A DNA stretch of 64,000 bases, from positions 47,988,001 to 48,052,000 of the forward strand of contig NC_090339.1 of the NCBI RefSeq assembly GCF_035084215.1, in the 5' to 3' direction. This DNA comes from Heptranchias perlo. Lineage: Eukaryota. The position numbers were made by a program, and so were the translations under genes. Numbering within the stretch: position 1 is the stretch's first letter; each line of letters opens with the position of its first letter. Of the stretch, positions 1 through 12,263 are shown piece by piece. The notes beneath the pieces were generated by a model that saw only the letters and a program-made list of their open reading frames with translations, had not been told where the DNA came from and ran no database searches.

Positions 1-1910
1 CATTAAAGGGAATCCAATAGTCTTCTAAAGGCATGTAAATAGTAAACGGGTAGTAAGAGGAGGGGTGGGGCCAATTAGGAACCAAAAAGGAGATCTACGC
101 ACGGAGGCAGAGGGTATGGCTGAGATACTAAATGAGTTCTTTGCATCGGTCTTTACCAAAAATGAAGATGCTGCCAAAGCCACAGTAAAAGAGGAAGTAG
201 TTGAGATACTGGATGGGTTAAAAATTGATAAAGAGGAGGTACTAGAAAGGCTAGCTGTACTTAAAGTAGATAAGTCACCCAGTCCAGATGGGATGCAGCC
301 AAGGTTACTGAGGGAAGGATGGAAATTGTAGAGGTGCTGGCCATAATCTTCCAATTTTCCTTAGATATGGGGGTGGTGCCAGAGAACAGGAGAATTGTAA
401 ATGTTACACCCTTGTTCAAAAAAGGGTGCAAGGATAAACCCGGCAACTACAGGCCAGTCATTTTAATCTCGGTGGTAGAGAAGCTTTTAGAAACGATAAT
501 CTGGGACCAAAATTAATATAGTCACTTGGGCAAGTGTGGATTAATTAAGGAAAGCCAGCACAGATTTGTTAAAGGCAATTCGTGTTTAACTAACTTGATT
601 GAGTTTTTCGAAGAGCTAACAGAGAGGGTTAATGAGGGCAATGCGGTTGATGTGTATATGGACTTTCAAAAGTCTTTTGATAAAGAGTCGTATAATAGGC
701 CTGTCAGCAAAATTGAAGTCCATGGGATAAAAGGGGCAGTAGCAGCATGGATACAGAATTAGGACCATTGCTTTTTTTGATATATATTAATGACTTGGAC
801 TTGGGTGTACAGGGCACAATTTCAAAATTTGCAGATGACACAAAATTGGAAGTGTAGTGAACAGTGAAGAGGATAGTAATAGACTTCAAGAGGATATAGA
901 CAGGCTAGTGGAATGGGCAGACACATGGCAGATGAAATTTAACGCAGAGAAGTGCGAAGTGATACATTTTGGCAGGAAGAATGAGGAGAGGCAATATAAA
1001 CTAAATGGTACAATTCTAAAGGGGGTGCAGGAACAGAGAGACCAGGGGGTATATGTGCACAAATCTTTGACGCTGGCAGGACAGGTTGAGAAAGTGGTTT
1101 AAAAAAAATACCTGATCCTGGACTTTATAAACAAATGTAAGGAGTATGTAACTCTTCACTCACCTGACGAAGGAGCAAAGCTCCGAAAGCTTGTGATTTC
1201 AAATAAAGCTGTTGGACTATAACCTGGTGTTGTGCGACTCCTTACATTTGTCCACCCCAGTCCATCACCGGCATCTCCACATCATTAATAAACAAAGGCA
1301 TAGAGTACAAAAACAAGGAAGTTACAATGAACCTTTATAAAACACTGGTTCGGCCACAACTGGAGTATTGAGTCCAATTCTGGGCAGCAGGCTTTGGGAA
1401 GGATGTGAAGGCCTTAGAGAGGGTGCAGAAAAGATTTACTAGAATGGTTCCAGGGATGGGGGACTTCAGTTATGTAGATAGACTGGAAAAGCTGGGGTTG
1501 TTCTCCTTAGAGCAGAGAAGGTTAAGAGGAGATTTGATGGAAGTGTTCAAAATCATGAAGGGTTTAGATAAAGTAAATAAAGAGAAACTGTTCCCATTGG
1601 CGGAAGGGTCGAGAGCCAGAGGACACAAATTTAAGGTGACTGGCAAAAGAGCCAAAGGCGACATGAGGAAAAACTTTTTTTTAAATGCAGCGAGTAGTTA
1701 TGATCTGGAATGCACTGCCTGAAAGAGTGGTGGAAGCAGGTTTAACCATGGCTTTCAAAAAGGAATTGGATAAATACTTGAAGGGAAAAAATTTGCAGGG
1801 CTATGGAGAAAGAGAGGGGAATGGGACTAACTGGATTGCTCTTACAAACAGCTGGCACAGGCTTGATGGACCAAATGGCCTCCTTCTGTGCTGTAACCAT
1901 TCTATGATTC
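1..1910 (+). mobile_element. CR1 LINE ORF2 (RT) 3' part, degenerate; interrupted by a Penelope LTR fragment
   Basis: ORF fragments KSPSPDG, NYRPV, SCLTNLIEFFE, MDFQK, KFADDTK, MKFNAEKC, LEQRRLRGDL. Frameshifts and an internal deletion near 760. 3' tail ccattctatgattc. Confidence 0.95.
1136..1285 (+). mobile_element. Penelope-like pseudo-LTR fragment with hammerhead motif, inserted in CR1
   Basis: Contains tcac-CTGACGA-a-ggagc-aaa-gctcc-GAAA-gctt-gtga and the tail ...ccggcatctccacatcat. Short inverted piece acaaatgtaaggagt at the left. Flanking duplication ataaacaaa at 1127-1135 and 1288-1296. Confidence 0.85.
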
Positions 1911-2566
1911 CACAAGTCGGGACCTGGCGTGAACAGGTCCCTGCCTTGGTTCCGGCTGATTCCTGTCAAGGTTATGGTGGGAGTTCGCCAGAATGGCTGC
2001 AGATTTTCTGTCCCCTTGTGTCTTTATAAATGTGTGTATAAATATGCTTATGTCCTACAGTCTATTCCTATGATACGCTTCAACTATATTTTCTATCTCG
2101 AGACGTTATCGACAACAGCACTGATGCCTCTCGGGTCTGAGCGGTGCAGTCATCATTTGGACATGTATCCAGAGACTGGCCTTATTGTTTTGTAACATTT
2201 CTGCATTGGTGACATGAATGAATGCTAAGAACACCAGGCAGGCATTTAATGTTAAATGTGTCGAGTTTCTCTGGTTGTTCCCCTCATCTCTCCCCATCCA
2301 GGTCTTTATGCAATAAAGCGTAGTTAGAATTACTATACATGGCTTCCACCTTTGTAACTCACTTTTAAAAGATCATTCCAGCCCAACTCGGCAACAAATC
2401 TAGAGGTCAAGTAATCTACTAAAAAGTAGGATTCATACATAGTTTGTCATTCCTGCAAGTGAAACATGTCTTTCTTTGTTCCATTTTCTTGGATCTTCAT
2501 TCGGACTGGAGAGATTCAGAAAAGCAACTTTGTTCCTCATACCATTTGCTTCGGCAACTTTTCCTA

Positions 2567-2616
2567 CCAGCAGGTATTGAACCCTGCCTTGACTGGCAGG
2601 GTTCAATACCTGCTGG
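2567..2616. repeat. Perfect 22-bp inverted repeat with a 6-nt loop
   Basis: ccagcaggtattgaaccctgcc-ttgact-ggcagggttcaatacctgctgg. Confidence 0.95.
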
Positions 2617-3735
2617 AGAAAGTTACTAACTGGTAACATTTTCTACCAGTTTATAGAGATATTAATTTTTTTTTAGGTGGCTCACATTTGTCCCAGGATG
2701 ATTGGTGGCGGTGGTGGGAAAATTGATTCCACTCAGGAGCTTTAGTGATCATTACTTCATATAGTTCTCTTTGGAGCCATCTCTGAAGACAAGCAAACTG
2801 CCAGATCAATACAGGCTTTTTTTGTGGTAGAAGTAACAGATACTGACAAATCACACAGAGTGTGGTTTACACCAGTAAACTAAATGCTGAAAATGAATTT
2901 GCAGAGGCTGCATGATAAGGCTAAGGAACAGGAAAAGGACTATTGCAACTTTAATTTTTATATCTACCAAGTGTTAGATAAGGGATGTATGGTGGTCTTT
3001 TTTTAAAAAATGCATGTATTCATTGGTTATCAGTTGTTGCTTGTGTGGTAGCAAAACATTTTTTGACTAATGCAAATTTTGTAATCTTGCCAATAAAGCA
3101 ACCATTTATTCCACGCCACTCAATAGGAGCAAAAAGGTGAGGAAACAGCAAAGTCTCGAGTAATCTACACTCCTGCACATAGTACCACAAGTCCTCCACT
3201 TAACAACATTCTTCTTTCCCCTCCATCTTCCCAGAGAACTATTTTCTGCAACCTCCTTAAGTCCACACAATGTTTCCTTGTCTGTTCCCAAAACTGGTGT
3301 CAATCTGAACTGGCTGAGAGGAGACGCAGGATGGCAGCATGGGAATAGTTAGCCTCCAATTTTCCCACCTGTTGTAAAAGGATAAGCACCTCATCTTCCC
3401 TTGCCAACTGCCCCAGACACGGTGGCTGACATAAGGAGCTCAGCATGTGGGGATATGAGCTACACTGTCTAGTGCACTGGCACATGGTGTTACCTGCAAT
3501 TATCTGAGGAAGCCAGGATTTAAGCAATTAATAAATAATTCCTCAGTGGATTTTAAAGGTGGCTCAGTCTTTCAAACACATGAATTTACACTGTGACTAG
3601 CACCAGGGTATAAGTTCTTCCTTTTTTGATGATGTGCGTGCGGGGAACGGCAATCTTGTCGCACAGGCGCATTGTAGGTCAGCAACTGCCTTCGTTACCG
3701 TTCACTAAAAGCGCGGACTGGAGGCACCCGTGCCG

Positions 3736-3960
3736 GAAGGAAGGAAGGAAGGAAGGAAGGAAGGAAGGAAGGAAGGAAGGAAGGAAGGAAGGACGGACGG
3801 ACGGACGGACGGACGAAAAGGAAGGAGGGGAAGGGGAAAAAAGAAGGAAGGAGGGGAAGGGGAAAAAAGAAGGAAGGAGGGGAAGGGGAAAAAAGAAGGA
3901 AGGAGGGGAAGGGGAAAAAAGAGGAAGGAGAGGTAGGGGAAGGGGGGGGGGGGGGGAGCA
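3736..3960. repeat. Compound purine-rich simple repeat: (GGAA)n, (GGAC)n, degenerate GA-rich units and a poly-G run
   Basis: Directly visible; it explains the spurious low-complexity ORFs at 3626-4141. Confidence 0.97.
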
Positions 3961-4202
3961 GAAGATAGGGAGAGCAGAAGCAGGAGCCCGGAGGGTGCAT
4001 AGCACGGGTGGGGGAGGGGGAAGAGAATGTGATCCAGTTCTCAGGGGGGAGGAAAGAGAATGAGAACGTAGTCCAGAATTGGAGATGGATCACGTTCTCG
4101 TCTCCCTCCCTCCCTCCCCCCACATCCCTCCCCCACCCCAACAGCCCCCACTAGACCTGGATCATGCTCGAGCATGAACAGCAGCGAGTTGATTTCTCAC
4201 TC

Positions 4203-4364
4203 ACTCACTGCAGCTCTCTCCCAGAGTGCTTAGTTTGACGGAGCGATCGGCGACAATATGGGTACTTCCGGTTTTCCATCGAAGCGTGACCTCCTCTTGT
4301 GCCTGCACTGGGCCTTCTGATGACGTCACTCTCAGCGCATGCTAAAAAGTTTCCAATGACGTTA
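4203..4364 (-). promoter_or_regulatory. Candidate intronic promoter and non-coding first exon
   Basis: Clustered motifs: ETS CCGGAAGT (minus, 4264-4271), CRE TGACGTCA (4321-4328), NRF1-like GCGCATGC (4335-4342), CCAAT and TGACGTTA (4353-4364). Locally CpG-rich. Minus-strand donor GTGAGT at 4203-4208. Confidence 0.5.
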
Positions 4365-4939
4365 CCCTCACCCATTCTCGTTTAATGGAAAGCACCTCAC
4401 GAAACCAACCTTGCAGCTCAAATTATGCAAAATAGTCAATGCTGTAATTTTGCCAAATTCAGCCTCAGAGAAACGGCTACAGCACCCCACATGATCACGG
4501 GGCCCTATATTTGTAGGAGCCCACAAGTCAATTGCTGGGTTGGTTTGGCGTGGAGTGTTTTCAGAGTCAAATAGAGATGGGAGGCTGTTCAACCTGGAGG
4601 CCTCACTCCTCCAGCGGACAGGGGAGCTTCGTGGGAGGTTTTACAGATCATGCTGATAGTGTGCCATGCGTGATGTTAGGTTCACAACGACTGGCATAAA
4701 TTGGTACCGTACAGCCCTCCATAAAGTGGGACCTGGCTTGCCAGTGGAAATAATCTTTCATTGTTTACCCACAGTAAGGTCCCCAGGTTTCACTCACTGT
4801 TTTACAAGCTGTTCCCCTCTTAGCATCACTCCCATTCACCATGTTCTTGCTGCTGCTCCCGACTTGGCCCGACTTATCCCACTCCGTTCCTCTCTCTTCA
4901 CCCCCAGTCTCCTTCTTATCAGGTTGCATCTAAGTCTAC

Positions 4940-5360
4940 GCTGCTCTCAAGTAAATAGACCCAGCTCTTTATGCCTATCTGAGTAACTAAGGTTCTTTAA
5001 GCTATGAATTATTCTCATAGCTCTCCTTTGAACCTTTTCCAAGGCCATATCACCCACCATGTGAGAGGACCAAAACTGGGTGCAGTACTCCAGATGCAGT
5101 CCAGCCGTCGACCTGTACAATGACAGAAGGGGGTCCTTTGATTTGTACTGAATAGTTCTATTAATACAACCCAATACCGTTAGCTTTAACTACAACTTCT
5201 CTACATTGGTCATGAACCTTCAGTGATCTGTGCACAACACCACTTAGATCTTTTTCTCTCTCAACCTCTTTCAGTATTATTCCCTGTAAATGATAGCCTA
5301 TTCCGTGTAGGTCCTACCAACATGCATGACACTATATTTATCTGTTATTTGCCATTTTGG
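4940..5360 (-). mobile_element. Old CR1 LINE fragment
   Basis: ORF 4947..5174 reads LHLEYCTQFWS...LEKVQRRAMR. Confidence 0.85.
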
Positions 5361-5539
5361 TGTTTAGCGTGCATGGGAGCTTCACTCGGATCGTAGGCCA
5401 TTCAAAAGGTTCACCTGCTGCTCCCAAGATTCCCTTCTACACCAGGCATTGCAGCAGGCCTAGTCCCCAGGCACGATGGTGATCGATGACTATGGGCCAT
5501 GAGATTGAGGACGAGGGGGGATAATACACCACAGCAACA

Positions 5540-5705
5540 GTGAGTTCCTCGCAACTTGTTGGAGGTGAGGGGTAGGTAGAGGCGAGTTTATAGAAATGAT
5601 TGATGGTGCAGTAAAGAAGTGGAGGGTCATCGTTGCTCTCCAGGATGACCCTGGAGTAGTAGGCGGAGGAGGGTGAGGCCTGAAAGCGCTTGATGTTAAC
5701 CATCT
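5540..5705 (-). mobile_element. Degenerate L2-type LINE ORF2 linker fragment
   Basis: AYYSRVILESNDDPPLLYCTIN...SCEEL resembles the L2 region between endonuclease and RT. Confidence 0.5.
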
Positions 5706-6019
5706 GTCACCATATCAGGAAGGACAAGTGTGTTGTGCACCAGATAGGCCCAAGCCTGTGCCCCTTGGGCTTGCAGGAGAGAAGATGGGGGCTACACCAG
5801 GAGAAGGAAGGAAGGAAAGAAATAAAGAACCAAAACACGCAGCCAATTTGCACGTAGCAAGGTCCCACAAACAGCAATGAGATGGTGTTGGTGAAGTGGC
5901 AGGATGGGACTTATGCCTGCCCACACAATCCCCCCAGCAGCTACTCACAATGTGGCAGGCCTCACTCCCCCAGCAGACGAGAGTTGCGTTGGGAGTTTTT
6001 AAAAACAGATCATGCTGAT

Positions 6020-7180
6020 AGCTTTCGACAAGGTTCCACATAAAAGACTGTTAACAAAAATGAGAGTGCATGGAATTGGAGGCAAATTATTGGCTTGGAT
6101 AGGGAATTGGTTAGGAAGTAGGAGACAGGGAGTAGGGATAATGGGTATGTACTCAAATTGGCAGGATGTGACTAGTGGTGACCCCTATGAATCTGTACTG
6201 GGGCCACAGCTTTTCACTATATTTATGAATGACTTGGATGAAGGAATAGAAAGCCATATATCGATGTTTGCTAATGACAACAAGTTAGGTGGCACAGTAA
6301 ATAGTGTAGACGGGAGCAGAAGGTTGCAAAGGGACATTAATAGATTAAGTGAGTGGGCAAAACTGTGGCAGATGGAGTTTAATGTGGAAAAGTACATGGT
6401 CATACACTTTGGACCTAAGAAAGATGGATCAGAGTATTTTCTAAATGGTGAGAAGCTAGAAACTGTGCATGAGCAGAGAGATTTAGGGGTCCAAGTATAG
6501 AAATCACTAAAAGCTAGTAGACAGGTACAAAAAATAATTTAAAAGCCTAATGGAATGTTGTCCTTTATCTCAAAAGGGGCTGGAATACAAAGGGGTGGAA
6601 GTTATGTTACAGTTGTACCGAGCTCTGGTTAGACCCCATCTGGAGGACTGCACTCAGTTCTGGGCACTACACTACAGGAAGGATATATTGGCCTTGGAGG
6701 GGGTGTAGCGCAGATTCACCAGAATGATACCAGGGCTGAAAGGGTTAATAAGGACAGGTTGCATATTCTTGGCTTGTATTCCCTTGCGTATAGAAGATTA
6801 AGGAGTGATCTAATTGGGGTGCTTAAGGTGATTAAAGGATTTGATAGGGTACATAGAGAGAAACTATTTCCTCTGGTGGGAGAGTCCAGAACAAAAGGGC
6901 ATAACCTTAAAATCAGAACTAGGCCATTCAGGGGTGATGTCAGAAAGCACTTCTTCACACAAAGAGTAGTGAAAATCGGGAAACTCTCCCCCAAAAAGCT
7001 GAGAATAGATTAATTGAAAATTTCAAGACTGAGATTCATAGATTTTTGTTAGACAAGGGTATTAAGGGATATGGAACCAAGGCTGGTTGATCGAGTTAAG
7101 ATACAGATAAGCCATGATCTAACTGAATGGCGGAACAGGCTCAAATTGCTCAGTGGCCTACTCCTATTCCTATGTTCCTG
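6020..7180 (+). mobile_element. 5'-truncated CR1 LINE
   Basis: AFDKVPHKRL, SVLGPQLFTIF, FANDNKL, RRLRSDL; 3' tail cctattcctatgttcc. Confidence 0.95.
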
Positions 7181-8049
7181 TGGCAGTCCAGGAGATCAAT
7201 GTAGCCGCTAGGCAAACATTAGGAGGAGGGTATAAGAGCTGTTGTCATTCTGTAGTGGCAACAGTTTATGCCCGTGTGTTAGAATTTAGCAATTCCACCC
7301 CACTGTTCATTTGATTCCAGTGGGTGCGCTGCTCGCAGAGTGATCAGGGCCACAGAGGGGTTATGGGAGAGAAATCATGGCAGAAAAATCATGGCAGAAA
7401 TCGAAGTGGCCAGTTCTGGTACAGAGTTTTGGCTGAGGTGCCCTGCCCCACTTCATTTGCCAGACCACCACCCAGAAGTGGGTGGTTTTCATAAGTAAAG
7501 TCTAGGCCTTTACGTCAGAGGAAGTTGTGAACATCCTGCTGCTCAGCCCACACTTGACTCCCTTGTGCAGTGCTGGTCACTGAGAGACAAGGGAGCTATT
7601 GATGTGCTGTGGCCAGTGCAGAGAAAAGCCACAAGGGTGGATTTCTAGAATACAAGAAATCAACATTGATTCAAATGAAGGAATGATATCAAGAAATCAT
7701 TCTTCACACAAAGAGGGATCAACCCTTGATTCAAGGTGAGCCAAATGGCCTTGTTCATCCATAGTTATCCTGCGATCTTTTTTTTTGAATGAGGAGTGGA
7801 AGGAGGATGAGCAACATTCATAGATACACATAACCCAATTGGCAGAGCAGCTGTAGGAGTGAAGAGGAGGCATTGTGCAGTTTGTGTTGCCCACAATTCC
7901 TGACAGCTATCGCCTGTATTTCAAAAGACGCTGTGCATTATCTGCAGTTGTGGAGTAGAAGGCAATGCTACTGTCCATTGGCCCTATATCTATCTGCCAT
8001 CTTTCCCGCAACCCCATGTTTGAACCTCTCCGATCAGGTTTTAGCCCTA

Positions 8050-8945
8050 ATTAAAGTCAATAGTGACGTCCTCTGTGACTGTGGCTGTGATGCACTATCC
8101 TGCTTCATCTTTATTTCAGTAGTTTTTAAAACACGGTCAACCACACCATCCTTCTCTAACGCCTCTCCTCTGTTGTCCAACTGAACGGGAATGGCCTTGC
8201 TTTGTTCCACTAATACCTATTCATTCGTAGCCAGAGAATCTCCTGCAACAGTTTCTCTTCCTGCCCCCGCACTGTTACCTCTGGAGTCCTCCATGGATCT
8301 ATCCTTGGCCCCATCTTATTATTTACATGCTGCCCCTTGGTGACATCATCCGAAGGCACGACGTCAGGTTCCACATGTATAAGGACGACACCCAGCTCTA
8401 CCTCACCAACACTACCTCTCTCGATGTCCAGTCTTGGTGAACTGCAAATTCCTCCAATTAAACATTGGGAACGCCAAAGACACTGTCTTCGGTCCACGCC
8501 ACAAACTCTGTCCCTTGCTACTGATTCCAACCCCCTCCCTTGCCACCGTCTCAGACCGAAACAGACTGTTTGCAACCTCAGTATCCTAAATGACTGAGCT
8601 GAGCTTCCGACCCTATATCCTCTCCATCACAAAGACCACCTAGTTCCATCTATACAACATTGCCCATCTCAGCCCCCGCCCCAGCCCATCTGTTGCTGAA
8701 AGCCTCATCAGTGCCTTTGTTGTTACCTCTAGACTCAACTATTCCAATACTCTGGCTGGCCGGTCTCCCATCTTCCACCCGCCATAACTTGAGCTCATCC
8801 AAAACTCTGCTGCACGTATCCTAACTCTCAGCAAGTCTCGTTCACCCCTCTGCTCGTCGACCTACATTGGCGCCTGGTCCACCAACTACTTGATTTTAAA
8901 ACATTCCTAGTGTAGAAATCCCTCCATAGCCTCACCCCTTCCTCC
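8050..8945 (+). mobile_element. L2-clade LINE RT fragment
   Basis: Degenerate PHGSILGP...YMLPLGDII...YKDDTQLY, followed by SRLNYSN and LELIQNSAAR motifs. Confidence 0.8.
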
Positions 8946-9232
8946 CGGGACGCAGTAGCGTCGGCGCTGTGCCTTCTCTGAAAATAACACTTTGCAGAGA
9001 ACTTGAATCACACTGCAGCAAACTGGATCAAATTACACATTCCAGACAAAGGGTTGGGTGAGTATTGTCCTCCCACATCCTGCCAGCGACAATAGCAATT
9101 ATCTTAGTTCCACCACAGTGGTGGCAATAGACGCAACCATAAATTTAAATTCATTATAAAAGAGCATTAGGTGCTTACCTGAAGCAGCCAATGAACACTC
9201 CATATTCTCCATCAACAGTGATTAAAATAATC

Positions 9233-9436
9233 ATGATGTGGAGATGCCGGTGATGGACTGGGGTGGACAAATGTACGGAGTCGTACAACACCAGGTTATA
9301 GTCCAACCGCTTTATTTGAAATCACAAGCTTTCGGAGCTTTGCTCCTTCGTCACCTGACGAAGGAGCAAAGCTCCGAAAGCTTGTGATTTCAAATAAAGC
9401 TGTTGGACTATAACCTGGTGTTGTACGACTCCGTAC
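9233..9436. mobile_element. Fold-back Penelope pseudo-LTR element (copy A1)
   Basis: Arms of about 85 bp around the centre cc (9354-9355). Unpaired 37-nt tail at 9233-9269. 12-bp duplication attaaaataatc at 9221-9232 and 9437-9448. Confidence 0.9.
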
Positions 9437-9747
9437 ATTAAAATAATCCATTTACCATTTGTGGAGATGCCGGTGATGGACTGGGGTTGACAATTGTAAA
9501 CAATTTTACAACACCAAGTTATAGTCCAACAATTTTATTTGAAAATCACAAGCTTTCGGAGGCTTCCTCCTTCCTCAGGTGAATGTCAAGAAATCCTCGC
9601 ACCTTTCGCATTTATAAATCACAGAGCAATACCTGGTGATTACAGATAATCTTTCCAACTGCCCGTTGCCAAGGCAATCAAAGTGTTCAGACAGAGAGGT
9701 GTTACCTACAGGACCACCGAATATACAAACAACCAAAAAAAAAACAG

Positions 9748-11961
9748 GGAGGTCTATCGTCAATTTGTCCGACCACACCCTTCAACCAGACGGAATCGAA
9801 GTTCTCAGCCAAGGGCTCAATTTCTGCCCCACTACCAAAATGGACCCCATTAGTCTCGCAGCGGACACAGAGGAATTCATCAGGAGAATGAGGCTCCGGG
9901 AATTCTTCCACAAACCCCAAGATTTCAGCAGCGAACACAATGAGACAATCAACGATCCGGAACAGCAGACAGAGGGATCCGCGGTACAGCAACCGAAGAG
10001 GAAAGAGTCAAACTGGACTCCTCCGGAGGGTCGCTGCCCTCAGCTTGACATGTATGCTCAAGCTGTCAGGAAATGCGTCAATGCCAGATTCATCAGCCGC
10101 ACTCAGAAGACAGTCCAGAATGTCACCCGAGCACAACGCAACGCCATCAACGCTCTCAAGACCAACCGCAACATCGTCATCAAACCAGCGGACAAAGGAG
10201 GAGCCAGTCATACAGAACAGAACGGACTATTGCAAAGAAGCATACCGAAAACTGGGCAACCAGGAACACTACAGACGGTTACCCGCAGATCCGACCAAAG
10301 AACACACCCACCAGCTCAACAAACTGATCAAGACCTTCCATCCAGACCTTCAAAGCATCCTACGCGCTCTCATCCCACGTACTCCCCGCGTGGGAAACTT
10401 CTACTGCCTCCCAAAGATACACAAAGCCAACACACCCGGACGTCCTATCGTATCAGGCAACGGAACCCTGTGTGAGAACCTCTCTGGATACATCGAGGGC
10501 ATCCTGAAACCCATCGTACAGGGAACCCCCAGCTTCTGTCGCGACACTACAGACTTCCTACAAAAACTCAGTACCCACGGACCAGTTGAACCAGGAACAC
10601 TTCTCACCACGATGGATGTCTCGGCACTCTACACCAGTATCCCCCACGATGACGGCATCGCTGCGATAGCATCAATACTCAACACCAACAACAGCCAATC
10701 TCCAGACGCCATCCTACAACTCATCCGCTTCATCCTGGATCACAATGTCTTCACCTTCGATAACCAGTTCTTTACCCAAACACACGGAACAGCCATGGGG
10801 ACCAAATTAGCACCCCAATACGCCAACATTTTCATGCACAAGTTCGAGCACGACTTCTTCACTGCACAGGACCTCCAACCAACACTATATACCAGATACA
10901 TCGACGACATTTTCTTTCTATGGACCCACGGCGAAGAATCACTAAAGAGACTACACAATAACATCAACAAGTTCCATCCCACCATCAAGCTCACCATGGA
11001 CTACTCCTCAGAATCAGTTTCTTTCTTGGACACACGAATCTCCATCAAAGACGGGCACCTCAGCACCTCACTCTCCCGCAAGCCCACGGACAACCTCACG
11101 ATTCTCCACTTTTTCAGCTTCCACCCTAACCACGTCAAAGAGGCCATCCCCTATGGACAGGCCCTGCGAATACACAGGGTCTGCTCAGACGAGGAGGAAC
11201 GCGATGGACACCTACAGACGCTGAAAGACGCCCTAGTAAGAACGGGATATGATGCTCGACTCATCGATCGACAGTTCCAACAGGCCACAGCGAAAAATCG
11301 CATCGACCTCCTCAGAAGACTAACACGGGACGTAACCAACAGAGTACCCTTCGTCGTCCAGTACTTTCCCGGAGCGGAGAAACTACACCATGTTCTCCGC
11401 AGCCTTCAACATGTCATCAATGAGGACAAACACCTCACTATGGCCATCCCCACACCTCCACTACTCGCCTTTAAACAGCCACCCAACCTCAAACAGACAA
11501 TCGTTCGCAGCAAATTACCCAGCTTTCAGGAGAACAGCATCCACGACACCACACAACCCTGCCACGGTAACCTCTGCAAGACATGCCAGATCATCGACAC
11601 AGATACCACCACCCATCAGGTACATGGTTCATACTCCTGTGACTCGGCCAACGTTGTCTACCTCATACGTTGCAGGAAAGGATGCCCCGAAGCACGGTAC
11701 ATTGGCGAGACCATGCAGACACTGCGACAACGGATGAACGGACACCGCGCAACAATCGCCAGACAGGAGGGTTCCCTCCCAGTCGGGGAACACTTCAGCA
11801 GTCAAGGACATTCAGCCACCGACCTTCGGGTAAGCGTACTCCAAGGCGGCCTTCGAGACACATGACAACGCAAAATCGTCGAGCAGAAATTGATAGCCAA
11901 GTTCCGCACCCATGAGGACGGCCTCAACCGGGATCTTGGGTTCATGTCACGCTACACGTAA
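9748..11961 (+). pseudogene. Penelope-like RT / GIY-YIG endonuclease ORF with one frameshift and one premature stop
   Basis: Motifs IKPADKGGA, FYCLPKIHK, GRPIVS, MDVSALYT, GTAMG, RYIDD, FLD; Cys/His linker CHGNLCKTC..H; VVYLIRC...YIGET..LRQRMNGH. Frameshift near 10207. TGA at 11863-11865, after which QRKIVEQKLI...GLNRD continues. Confidence 0.93.
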
Positions 11962-12222
11962 CCCCACCAGCGAACAAAAGTTATCTGTTTTTAATATAAC
12001 GGGTCATTTGCTGTCTTTCTCTTCCTTCCGGATGTTTCTGCCTCTCTCTCTCGCTCTGTTTTTTTTGGTTGTTTGTATATTTGGTGGTCCTGTAGGTAAC
12101 ACGTCTCTGTCTGAACACTTTGATTGCCTTGGCAACGGGCAGTTGGAAAGATTATCTGTAATCACCAGGTATTGTTCTGTGATTTATAAATGCGAAGGGT
12201 TCGAGGATTTCATTTCCACAAC

Positions 12223-12263
12223 ATTCACCTGAGGAAGGAGGAAGCCTCCGAAAGCTTGTGAAT
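12223..12263 (+). ncRNA. Minimal type I hammerhead ribozyme motif in the Penelope pseudo-LTR
   Basis: attcac (stem I)-CTGAGGA-a-ggagg-aag-cctcc (stem II)-GAAA-gctt-gtgaat (stem I'). Palindromic AGCT in place of stem III. Stem II covaries among copies. Confidence 0.75.

Noticed and set aside
2688-2792. Possible box C/D snoRNA (gATGAtt...CTGA with tgtc/gaca ends)
   Set aside because: Box C is imperfect, it is antisense to the host gene, and I cannot identify a guide target.
3626-4141. R/K/E/G-rich and P/S/F-rich ORFs
   Set aside because: They are translations of the GGAA/GA simple repeat.
9174-9232. Minus-strand CAG|GTAAG donor suggesting an exon disrupted by the Penelope insertion
   Set aside because: Joining the flanks gives no acceptor AG before an in-frame stop, and the peptide does not resemble the next TMEM164 exon.
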